Positions 12,654-22,236 of a stretch of 27,570 nt of DNA are shown here, piece by piece. Each line of letters opens with the position of its first letter. Within the stretch, counting starts at the first letter, position 1. Made by a program: the position numbers and the translations under genes. Source of the stretch: Tubiluchus corallicola. Lineage: Eukaryota; Animalia; Priapulida. The stretch spans positions 45,645 to 73,214 of the forward strand of contig JAQGDQ010000983.1 of assembly GCA_030141605.1 (NCBI GenBank). Reading direction: 5' to 3'. The notes beneath the pieces were generated by a model, which made no database searches, was not told where the DNA came from, and saw only the letters and a list, made by a program, of their open reading frames with translations.

Positions 12654-13323
12654 AGCACAAGAAAACCCTCAACTTACATAAAGCTTAAAAATTCGTCTTG
12701 AAATTTTATACCACTTGCATACTACCTTTTTGCACACGTGACTCGCGTCGTCACTTATGCTCTATAAAACTTGTAAATTTAAAACCCGCGATGACAGTTA
12801 AATGCAGCCATTTTGACTGTAAGTCATTTGAACAAAGTTTAAATAACATTGTGTAAAGTTTGAAAAAATAATCAGGGCATTCGTAGCGCACAAGTCACTA
12901 ACTAAGTAAAATTCTAAACTACTGTATATCGTCAATAAGATCAAAAATACGTTTTTGGTTAGTGAGTGGCGCACCCTGGACGTGAGTCTGTTACATTTTA
13001 CCAAATTTTAAGTAATCAATGATTTTCTTTTCTAGTTACATAAGTCTTTCAAGCAGGTAAGTGAAAATCTAAGTAATATAGATTTGCATGGAAAGTTTTT
13101 TGGGACGCAATTTAGCATTGCCTTTTCTTTCCCATTTTTACGTTTGCGTATATGACGTCATGTAATGGCGACTTCGGAACAGTATTGTGGGAAATTCTAA
13201 ATGAAAACAAACAAAAATTCCTTTCAACGCGAGCACGATATACGCATAAAATTGTTGTAAAATAATATAATTTCTTAAGGCGATTTTTCTGAAGCCTACT
13301 TCAGGTGCCCCTTTTCTTGTCCT
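12654..13323. mobile_element. Non-autonomous Kolobok-like DNA transposon, 670 bp (left-arm copy)
   Basis: TTAA at 12650-12653 and 13324-13327; TIRs AGCACAAGAAAA / TTTTCTTGTCCT (11/12 match). AG...CT termini with TTAA TSD fit Kolobok rather than piggyBac (CC...GG). Confidence 0.65.
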
Positions 13324-13420
13324 TTAATGCTTTTTAAAATAGTGAAAAAGTCTCTTTTACAAATTATTCGTGTAACTAATCATTTAATACATAGGTGGCC
13401 TGCCATAAGTCTGCTTCATA

Positions 13421-13498
13421 GGTTTCCTGTTGGTTTTAATTGCTTCAAAGGTTTCCCATGGTTCTAATTGCTTTAAAGGTTTCCCATGGTTCTAATTG
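13421..13498. repeat. ~28-bp tandem repeat, ~3 copies (AAAGGTTTCCCATGGTTCTAATTGCTTY); mirrored at ~21023-21100
   Basis: Read directly. Confidence 0.8.
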
Positions 13499-13554
13499 AG
13501 TTATACTAAAGGCACAACGAGTATTCACTTTTAATTCAAATTATTGTTGCTCGT

Positions 13555-13689
13555 ACTTTAGTGATTCAAAGGAAATGCAAACTGGTATGTTAAGGCATGG
13601 GTTCGAATCCTGCTTAAGTTAGGTTCTGTGATTTTATGCTATGTGAAAACACCACTATATTGCTGTGCTGTTGAGTAAATCTTCGATCA
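13555..13689 (+). mobile_element. Degenerate tRNA-derived SINE-like head (mirror at ~20832-20966, minus strand)
   Basis: Perfect Pol III B-box GGTTCGAATCC at 13600-13610, degenerate A-box TGATTCAAAGG at 13562-13572, followed by a simple-repeat tail. No tRNA cloverleaf is evident. Confidence 0.4.
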
Positions 13690-13771
13690 GTTGTTGTTGT
13701 TGTTCTTGCTGTTGCTGTTGTTGTTGCTGTTGCTGTTGTTGCTATTGTTGCTGTTGCTGTTGTTGTTGTTC

Positions 13772-13807
<36 letters not shown>

Positions 13808-13931
13808 CGGTTGTTGCTATCGTTGCTGTTGCTGTTGCTGTTGCTGTTGTTGTTGTTGTTGTTGTTGTTGTTGCTGCTGCTGTTACTGTTGTTGTTCTTG
13901 CTGTTGTTCTTGTCGTTGCTATTCTGTTGCT

Positions 13932-13990
<59 letters not shown>

Positions 13991-14010
13991 TGCTGCTGTG
14001 TGTTGTTGTT
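13690..14010. repeat. Compound trinucleotide microsatellite (GTT/GCT)n-(GTC)n-(GCC)n-(GCT)n-(GTT)n
   Basis: Read directly; explains the poly-T/A, poly-C and poly-L ORFs. Confidence 0.95.
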
Positions 14011-14155
14011 AAAGGATTATACTGAATGAATCTGATTTGATTTGAAAACATTTCCCAATGCCAACTGAAGAATCTCTAAACTCATTAAAAGTTTTTCGGT
14101 ACATCTTAATTTCATCTTACTTATCTTTAAAGTATCTTAATTACTTTAAAAACAA

Positions 14156-15333
14156 CATGGCGTCTCATAAGTCACTATAGACTTTGATTTCAGATTTTTT
14201 CAAAATCTTTCTCCAATCTCAGGGAGCAAAACACTCGAATCAAAAGGATCTTTGGCAATTTCTTTTATTTATTTATTCGATTGTAACCCCGTTGCTATGG
14301 CGACGACAGTAACGTTAGAAATAATGTGCGAAATCAACCTGGCATGAGGTCCTAAACACTGAAGATGATATTAGAAGCAGAAAGCAACAAGCAATGCTTG
14401 CTTTCCTTCAACTCAAGAATGTAGTAACTAGCAAGAAATTCAGTGTTAACGTAAGTCTTCGATTATTAATGCTTACGTTATCAGCAAGTTTTAATAAAAC
14501 AAGAGTGAAACTTGTGGTTTAACGATTACTCAAGAAAAGCAGATTGACACATTTCATTGAAGTCTTCTTAGCAAAGTTTTAGAAATAAGATGGCCGGACA
14601 TAGTCAAAAATGAAGGTTTATGCACAAGAATGAAAGAAATTCCTTGTAGTTCAACAGTCAAGATCCAAAGATTAAGATGGCAATGACATCTTCTAAGATT
14701 ACCAAATGAAGTACAAGTAAGAATGGCCTTAAATTAAGCCTTATACCTTGCAGAACACCACCTGGTAAACCAAAAACAACATGGATATCTGAGATAAATA
14801 AAGATGTTCAACAACTTCAACCAAATCTATCGTTAGGAGTAGAAGAACTTACGCTGTTAACTGCAGATAGAAGTGGGTGGAATGCTCTGATAAATGTTGA
14901 TACCTCAGTGCCTACAATAGGTGGAATGAGATTTTGAAGAAGAAGAAGAAGACGAGGTCTTCCAATCATCAACTGAAGTTCATCAGAAATTCAGTGCACT
15001 AAATGGACCACATTGTTTTCTCACATTGAACAATGCAGTTTGTCAACAAAGTGCAGTTCTTTCCCGCCACTCATGAGCCTTGAGAGATTGTCTCAATACA
15101 TGATACCCGACATACCATTGGATTTGTCTCTGAGGCTCTTGAGGTCCTTGTACGCGGTATGAAAAATAGCAAAACTGTCTAGTAGAGTGGTTGTTTTCAA
15201 ATGTTTGACTAATTTGACTAAAAGAATTGCCCAAGGGTTCTAATGCATCTGTAAAAATTGTCAAACGTTTTGCTTCGTTGGTTAAAAAAAATATAAAAAA
15301 TGTGAAGTGTATAGTGACTTATGGGACACCCTG
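14156..15333. mobile_element. Tc1/mariner-like non-autonomous element (left-arm copy) with a nested LINE fragment
   Basis: TIRs CATGGCGTCTCATAAGTCACTATA (14156) and TATAGTGACTTATGGGACACCCTG (ending 15333), 21/24 match. The right end is followed by TA; a CAGGGTG terminus is typical of Tc1/mariner. Confidence 0.65.
14353..14952 (+). mobile_element. 5'-truncated, degraded RTE-like non-LTR retrotransposon (post-RT C-terminal region) with (GAA)n tail
   Basis: Manual translation gives EDDIRSRKQQAMLAFLQLKNV..., KQIDTFH*SLLSKVLEIRWPDIVKNE, RLRWQ*HLLRLPNE and PGKPKTTW...ADRSGWNALI, matching the RTE-type C-terminal motifs (I.W.D.I.NE, RLRW.GH..R, GRP.TTW, A.DR..W). Stops and frameshifts are present. 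Candidate TSD ATGAGGTCCT / ACGAGGTCTT. Confidence 0.8.
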
Positions 15334-15711
15334 TATTACGATTTCATAAACAACCCATTATAAAATAAATTTCATTAAGATTTATTAATTGGCTTGTACG
15401 AATAAATTTTAATAAAATGTATTAATTCTTGTTTATAAAACCGACATTGTTTTTCTTACAAACAATTTGAAATTTGTTAAAGTTTTACTGCAATTATTGA
15501 ACACGCCACTAATCTACATTGAAATCTTGAACAATATGTTGATTAATGGTTCAGCAAACGTCAAGAATTAGCCTATTACTTACAGTTTAAGCAAGATCAT
15601 TTTACCCCAGAGACTCGTTTAGCAGTTATTTCCCCTATGCGGAACATAACTATAGCGATTTGCTGAATTAATTGCAATTTCAGTCCCTGTTAAATTAACC
15701 TGCTAAATTTT

Positions 15712-15783
15712 CTGCTAATCAATATCATTTCTATCAGCTCTTCTTATAAATGAAGTATTGCTGTTTTTCCTCTTGTATTTCAG
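15712..15783 (+). promoter_or_regulatory. Branch point, polypyrimidine tract and 3' splice acceptor of the pore exon
   Basis: CTGCTAATC at 15712-15720; TGTTTTTCCTCTTGTATTTCAG|GTG ending at 15783. Confidence 0.75.
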
Positions 15784-16714
15784 GTGGTGGCGGGGATGTC
15801 AGTCCTCTTCATTGTCATCTCAATACTCAGCTTTTGTTTGAAAACTCACCAAGACATGCGCGTTCCGGACATCAAGAACGTTACCGTGAAAATAAACGAG
15901 ACGTTCCTAGTGTGGACGTTGGACAAACAGAACACGGAAGCGCATCCTGCGTTCTTCTACGTGGAGGCGTGTTGCAACGCCTGGTTCACGTTCGAGATCA
16001 TCATCCGTTTCATCGTCAGCCCCAGCAAGTTTGACTTCATCCGCGCGCCCGTCAACATCATCGACTTCATCGCCACGCTCTCGTTCTACATCGATTTCAT
16101 GTTGAACAAGTTGGACATTGGCGAAAATGCGGACATTTTAGAATTCTTCAGTATAATACGTATACTTCGGTTATTCAAACTGACCAGGCATTCGCCAGGA
16201 TTGAAGATTCTTATACATACGTTCAAAGCTAGTGCAAAAGAGCTTACTTTACTCGTCTTCTTTCTAGTCTTAGGTATTGTGATATTTGCCAGTTTGGTTT
16301 ATTACGCTGAGAGAATACAAGACAATCCGTACAACGACTTTACTAGCATCCCGGTGGGTTTGTGGTGGGCTATTGTTACCATGACAACGGTAGGATACGG
16401 TGACATGTCGCCAAAGACCTATGTTGGCATGTTTGTGGGTGCCCTATGTGCTCTGGCTGGTGTACTCACGATAGCCTTACCAGTGCCTGTTATCGTGAGC
16501 AACTTCGCGATGGTGTACTCACATTCTCAAGCCAGAGCCCGATTGCCCAAAAAGAGGCGACGAGTGCTTCCAGTAGAACAGCCCCGGGCGGGCATGGGAC
16601 CAGTTATAAAGACAGGACCCGGCACCCCGGGCTTTGCTAATAGACGAATGAATGCAATAAAACATCAGAATCATCCAGTGAGAGATATGGACAACCTACA
16701 TAGTAAAATACCAG
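15784..16714 (+). CDS. Shaw: Shaw/Kv3 (KCNC-family) voltage-gated potassium channel, internal exon encoding S1-S6, pore and proximal C-terminus (931 nt, phase 0 to phase 1)
   Basis: S1 ..[11 protein letters not shown]; S2 [12 protein letters not shown]; S3 [12 protein letters not shown]; Shaw-type S4 [16 protein letters not shown]; pore [19 protein letters not shown]; S6 [18 protein letters not shown]; Shaw motif [17 protein letters not shown]. Acceptor TTTCAG| and donor CCAG|GTAGTG. The listed 439-aa ORF runs past the donor into the intron. Confidence 0.95.
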
Positions 16715-16778
16715 GTAGTGTTAAATTACTCTTATTTTGTATTGCTAATACATTTTGCAATTTACAGTCTAATGACTC

Positions 16779-18454
16779 TAAAGGAAAGAACAAATCACTC
16801 AGCATGTTGGGTTTATTTTACTGTTATCAATTAAACTGTTTGTGGTGTGCTAAAGGAAAGAACAAATCACTCAGTATGTTGGGTTTATGTTACTGTTATC
16901 ACTTAAACTGTTTGTGGTGTGCTAAAGGAAAGAACAAGTCACTCAGCATGTTGGGTTTATGTTACTGTTATCACTTAAACTGTTTGTGGTGTGCTAAAGG
17001 AAAGAACAAGTCACTCAGTATGTTGGGTTTATTTTACTGTTATCACTTAAACTGTTTGTGGTGTGCTAAAGGAAAGGACAAGTCACTCAGTATGTTGGGT
17101 TGATTTTACTGTTATCACTTAAACTGTTTGTAGTGTGCTAAAGGAAAGAACAAGTCACTCAGTATGTTGGGTTTATTTTACTGTTGTCACTTAAACTCTT
17201 TGTGGTGTGCTAAAGGAAAGGACAAGTCATTCAGTATGTTGGGTTTATTTTACTGTTATCACTTAAACTGTTTGTGGTGTGCTAAAGGAAAGAACAAGTC
17301 ACTCAGTATGTTGGGTTTATTTTACTGTTATCACTTAAACTGTTTGTGGTGTGCTAAAGGAAAGAACAAATCACTCAGCATGTTGGGTTTATTTTACTGT
17401 TATCACTTAAACTGTTTGTGGTGTGCTAAAGGAAAGAACAAATCACTCAGCATGTTGGGTTTATTTTACTGTTATCACTTAAACTGTTTGTGGTGTGCTA
17501 AAGGAAAGAACAAATCACTCAGCATGTTGGGTTTATTTTACTGTTATCACTTAAACTGTTTGTGGTGTGCTAAAGGAAAGAACAAATCACTCAGTCATGT
17601 TGGGTTTATTTTACTGTTATCACTTAAACTGTTTGTGGTGTGCTAAAGGAAAGAACAAATCACTCAGCATGTTGGGTTTATTTTACTGTTATCACTTAAA
17701 CTGTTTGTGGTGTGCTAAAGGAAAGAACAAATCACTCAGTATGTTGGGTTTATTTTACTGTTATCACTTAAACTGTTTGTGGTGTGCTAAAGGAAAGAAC
17801 AAGTCACTCAGCATGTTGGGTTTATGTTACTGTTATCACTTAAACTGTTTGTGGTGTGCTAAAGGAAAGAACAAGTCACTCAGCATGTTGGGTTTATTTT
17901 ACTGTTATCACTTAAACTGTTTGTGGTGTGCTAAAGGAAAGAACAAATCACTCAGTCATGTTGGGTTTATTTTACTGTTATCACTTAAACTGTTTGTGGT
18001 GTGCTAAAGGAAAGAACAAGTCACTCAGCATGTTGGGTTTATTTTACTGTTATCACTTAAACTGTTTGTGGTGTGCTAAAGGAAAGAACAAATCACTCAG
18101 CATGTTGGGTTTATTTTACTGCTATCACTTAAACTGTTTGTGGTGTGCTAAAGGAAAGAACAAATCACTCAGCATGTTGGGTTTATTTTACTGCTATCAC
18201 TTAAACTGTTTGTGGTGTGCTAAAGGAAAGAACAAGTCACTCAGCATGTTGGGTTTATTTTACCGTTATCACTTAAACTGTCTGTGGTGTGCTAAAGGAA
18301 AGAACAAATCACTCAGCATGTTGGGTTTATTTTACTGCTATCACTTAAACTGTTTGTGGTGTGCTAAAGGAAAGAACAAATCACTCAGCATGTTGGGTTT
18401 ATTTTACTGCTATCACTTAAACTGTTTGTGGTGTACTAAAGGAAAGAGCAAATC
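16779..18454 (+). repeat. Intronic 72-bp minisatellite, ~23 copies (TAAAGGAAAGAACAARTCACTCAGYATGTTGGGTTTATTTTACTGTTATCACTTAAACTGTTTGTGGTGTGC)
   Basis: Units start at 16779, 16851, ... 18437; two units carry a 1-nt insertion. Confidence 0.98.
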
Positions 18455-19181
18455 CTTTATATTGGATAGAGAAGAATATATATATATATATTTTAACATC
18501 AGTACTGCATCTGCTAAAATATCTAATTACAGCATTAGCTCAAGCGATTAGCAAAGATTTTTGACAATTATTTCTCATTACAGATGGCATGGGAATCAAT
18601 TTTCTCACTCTGCATAAAATAATGAATTCTAATATTCAATTTAACGCTTGGAAGCGTTTGCTAAATAAAAACATTTTTGACACAATAAGTGATTAAATAT
18701 TCATTGAAATTGAACTGCGTTTTTATCATTTATTCGCTTGATAAGAAAAATTTTCAAAATAAATATCTCTCATTTTTCATGAACATTCGGTTCGCAGATA
18801 ACAGCCTGATTCGTATTATTTGATTTGGAAACTGAAATTGCAATTAATTCAGCAAATCGCTATAGTTATGTTCCGCATAGGGGAAATAACTGCTAAACGA
18901 GTCTCTGGGGTAAAATGATCTTGCTTAAACTGTAAGTAATAGGCTAATTCTTGACGTTTGCTGAACCATTAATCAACATATTGTTCAAGATTTCAATGTA
19001 GATTAGTGGCGTGTTCAATAATTGCAGTAAAACTTTAACAAATTTCAAATTGTTTGTAAGAAAAGCAATGTCGGTTTTATAAACAAGAATTAATACATTT
19101 TATTAAAATTTATTCGTACAAGCCAATTAATAAATCTTAATGAAATTTATTTTATAATGGGTTGTTTATGAAATCGTAATA

Positions 19182-20352
19182 CAGGGTGTCCCATAAGTCA
19201 CTATACACTTCACATTTTTTATATTTTTTTAACCAACGAAGCAAAACGTTTGACAATTTTTACAGATGCATTAGAACCCTTGGGCAATTCTTTTAGTCAA
19301 ATTAGTCAAACATTTGAAAACAACCACTCTACTAGACAGTTTTTCATACCGCGTACAAGGACCTCCAGAGCCTCAGAGACAAATCCAATGGCACGTCGGG
19401 TATCTTGTATTGAGACAATCTCTCAAGGCTCATGAGTGGCGCGAAAGAACTGCACTTTGTTGACAAACTGCATTGTTCAATGTGAGAAACAATGTGGTCC
19501 ATTTAGTGCACTGAATTTCTGATGAACTTCAGTTGATGATTGGAAGACCTCGTCTTCTTCTTCTTCTTCTTCAAAATCTCATTCCACCTATTGTAGGCAC
19601 TGAGGTATCAACATTTATCAGAGCATTCCACCCACTTCTATCTGCAGTTAACAGCGTAAGTTCTTCTACTCCTAACGATAGATTTGGTTGAAGTTGTTGA
19701 ACATCTTTATTTATCTCAGATATCCATGTTGTTTTTGGTTTACCAGGTGGTGTTCTGCAAGGTATAAGGCTTAATTTAAGGCGATTCTTACTTGTACTTC
19801 ATTTGGTAATCTTAGAAGATGTCATTGCCATCTTAATCTTTGGATCTTGACTTTTGAACTCCAAGGAATTTCTTTCATTCTAGTGCATAAACCTTCATTT
19901 TTGACTATGTCCGGCCATCTTATTTCTAAAACTTTGCTAAAAAGACTTCAATGAAATGTGTCAATCTGCTTTTCTTGAGTAATCGTTAAACCACAAGTTT
20001 CACTCTTGTTTCATTAAAACTTGCTGATAACGTAAGCATTAATAATCGAAGACTTACGTTAACACTGAATTTCTTGCTAGTTACTACATTCTTGAGCTGA
20101 AGGAAAGCAAGCATTGCTTGTTGCTTTCTGCTTCTAATATCATCTTCAGTGTTTAGGACCTCATGCCAGGTTGATTTCGCACATTATTTCTAACGTTACT
20201 GTCGTCGCCATAGCAACGGGGTTACAATCGAATAAATAAATAAAAGAAATTGCCAAAGATCCTTTTGATTCGAGTGTTTTGCTCCCTGAGATTGGAGAAA
20301 GATTTTGAAAAAATCTGAAATCAAAGTCTATAGTGACTTATGAGACGCCATG
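19182..20352. mobile_element. Tc1/mariner-like non-autonomous element (right-arm copy)
   Basis: TA-CAGGGTGTCCCATAAGTCACTATA at 19180 and TATAGTGACTTATGAGACGCCATG ending at 20352. Confidence 0.65.
19553..20155 (-). mobile_element. RTE-like LINE 3' fragment (right-arm copy)
   Basis: Mirror of 14353-14952; the (TTC)n tail is one unit longer. Confidence 0.8.
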
Positions 20353-20504
20353 TTGTTTTTAAAGTAATTAAGATACTTTAAAGATAAGTAAGATGAAATT
20401 AATTTTACATAATTAAAATTAAACTTTTAATGAGTTTAGCGATTCTTCAGTTGGCATTGGGAAATGTTTTCAAATCAAATCAGATTTATTCAGTATAATC
20501 CTTT

Positions 20505-20526
20505 AACAACAACAACAGCAGCAGCA

Positions 20527-20585
<59 letters not shown>

Positions 20586-20713
20586 AGCAACAGCAATAGC
20601 AACGACAAGAACAACAGCAATAAGAACAACAACAGTAACAGCAGCAGCAACAACAACAACAACAACAACAACAACAGCAACAGCAACAGCAACAGCAACG
20701 ATAGCAACAACCG

Positions 20714-20749
<36 letters not shown>

Positions 20750-20831
20750 GAACAACAACAACAGCAACAGCAACAATAGCAACAACAGCAACAGCAACAA
20801 CAACAGCAACAGCAAGAACAACAACAACAAC
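20505..20831. repeat. Compound trinucleotide microsatellite (AAC/AGC/GGC/GAC)n
   Basis: Mirror of 13690-14010 with slight unit-number differences. Confidence 0.95.
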
Positions 20832-21197
20832 TGATCGAAGATTTACTCAACAGGACAGCAATATAGTGGTGTTTTCACATAGCATAAAATCACAGAACCT
20901 AACTTAAGCAGGATTCGAACCCATGCCTTAACATACCAGTTTGCATTTCCTTTGAATCACTAAAGTACGAGCAACAATAATTTGAATTAAAAGTGAATAC
21001 TCGTTGTGCCTTTAGTATAACTCAATTAGAACCATGGGAAACCTTTAAAGCAATTAGAACCATGGGAAACCTTTGAAGCAATTAAAACCAACAGGAAACC
21101 TATGAAGCAGACTTATGGCAGGCCACCTATGTATTAAATGATTAGTTACACGAATAATTTGTAAAAGAGACTTTTTCACTATTTTAAAAAGCATTAA

Positions 21198-21867
21198 AGG
21201 ACAAGAAAAGGGGCACCTGAAGTAGGCTTCAGAAAAATCGCCTTAAGAAATAATATTACTTTACAGCATTTTTATGCGTATATCGTGCTCGCGTTGAAAG
21301 GAATTTTTGTTTGTTTTCATTTAGAATTTCCCACAATACTGTTCCGAAGTCGCCATTACATGACGTCATATACGCAAACGTAAAAATGGGAAAGAAAAGG
21401 CAATGCTAAATTGCGTCCCAAAAAACTTTCCATGCAAATCTATATTACTTAGATTTTCACTTACCTGCTTGAAAGACTTATGTAACTAGAAAAGAAAATC
21501 ATTGATTACTTAAAATTTGGTAAAATGTAACAGACTCACGTCCAGGGTGCGCCACTCACTAACCAAAAACGTATTTTTGATCTTATTGACGATATACAGT
21601 AGTTTAGAATTTTACTTAGTTAGTGACTTGTGCGCTACGAATGCCCTGATTATTTTTTCAAACTTTACACAATGTTATTTAAACTTTGTTCAAATGACTT
21701 ACAGTCAAAATGGCTGCATTTAACTGTCATCGCGGGTTTTAAATTTACAAGTTTTATAGAGCATAAGTGACGACGCGAGTCACGTGTGCAAAAAGGTAGT
21801 ATGCAAGTGGTATAAAATTTCAAGACGAATTTTTAAGCTTTATGTAAGTTGAGGGTTTTCTTGTGCT
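21198..21867. mobile_element. Non-autonomous Kolobok-like DNA transposon (right-arm copy, intronic)
   Basis: TTAA(21194-21197)-AGGACAAGAAAA ... TTTTCTTGTGCT-TTAA(21868-21871). Confidence 0.65.
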
Positions 21868-21971
21868 TTAAATTTCTCCAACGAACATTTTTTTTGCAAT
21901 GAATCAAGGTTGGATTTTTTTACAATTTACAGCATCTAAAGTTTATAAACGTGGTGATAGTTGTGTTGCAG

Positions 21972-22129
21972 GCATGAACCCGAATGGCCTATCAGACGCC
22001 GCGAGGAATGTGACGTCATCAACGAACAATGCGACCTCTATGGTGCCTCCGGGAAGCTCTCCGAGTGGACAGCCGCGGGTACCCTCTCCGAGTTCTTCTG
22101 TAACACAGCTGACCAAGGTCGAAGCGTGA
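21972..22129 (+). CDS. Shaw: Probable terminal coding exon of the Shaw/Kv3 gene: (G)MNPNGLSDAARNVTSSTNNATSMVPPGSSPSGQPRVPSPSSSVTQLTKVEA*
   Basis: GC-rich island after acceptor TTGTGTTGCAG|. The phase matches the upstream donor (G|GC = Gly), the frame is open to TGA at 22127-22129, the Ser/Pro-rich tail is plausible for a channel C-terminus, and AATAAA follows. Homology was not verified. Confidence 0.7.
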
Positions 22130-22130
22130 G

Positions 22131-22204
22131 GAACAAGAGAACATACTTCTCTCTACGAACAAGAGGGCATACTTCCGTCTAGGAACAAGAGAGCATACTT
22201 CCCG
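22131..22204 (+). repeat. 26-bp tandem repeat x3 (GAACAAGAGRRCATACTTC...) immediately after the stop codon; mirrored at ~12317-12390
   Basis: Units start at 22131, 22157 and 22183. Confidence 0.85.
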
Positions 22205-22230
22205 TTCGTTTGCAGCTGTTTGTCAATTTT

Positions 22231-22236
22231 AATAAA
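22231..22236 (+). promoter_or_regulatory. Candidate polyadenylation signal AATAAA
   Basis: First canonical hexamer ~100 nt after the stop; the hexamer is common in AT-rich DNA. Confidence 0.35.

Larger units (their letters stand above)
6951..15684 (-). repeat. Left arm of ~8.7-kb inverted repeat
   Basis: Reverse complement of 18831-27570. Mirrored ORF pairs have coordinate sums of 34521-34522. Inner end ...TGCTGAATTAATTGCAATTTCAGT(15684) pairs with (18831)ACTGAAATTGCAATTAATTCAGCA. Confidence 0.98.

Noticed and set aside
10643-13004. Short ORFs of 60-73 aa (10643, 11031, 11992, 12339, 12798) apparently conserved in two copies
   Set aside because: Their duplication simply follows from the inverted repeat; no recognisable domains, and mostly non-ATG starts.
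13555-13630. tRNA gene
   Set aside because: Only the B-box is intact; no acceptor stem or anticodon arm could be paired, so it is treated as SINE-like.
13614-14051. Poly-Thr/Ala, poly-Cys and poly-Leu ORFs, and their mirrors at 20464-20907 (antifreeze- or mucin-like)
   Set aside because: Trinucleotide microsatellite open in several frames on both strands; no signal peptide or splice context, and the translations differ between arms.
15784-17103. The 439-aa ORF as a complete, intronless Kv gene or retrocopy
   Set aside because: It begins at a splice acceptor (GTG = Val, not a start codon), lacks the T1 domain, and loses channel similarity after the donor at 16714.
17164-18551. Zinc-finger-like repeat ORFs (CYHLNCLWC) in the 72-bp minisatellite
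   Set aside because: Intronic tandem repeat with stops (17101, ~17131) and 1-nt frameshifts; the spacing does not fit C2H2 or other known fingers.
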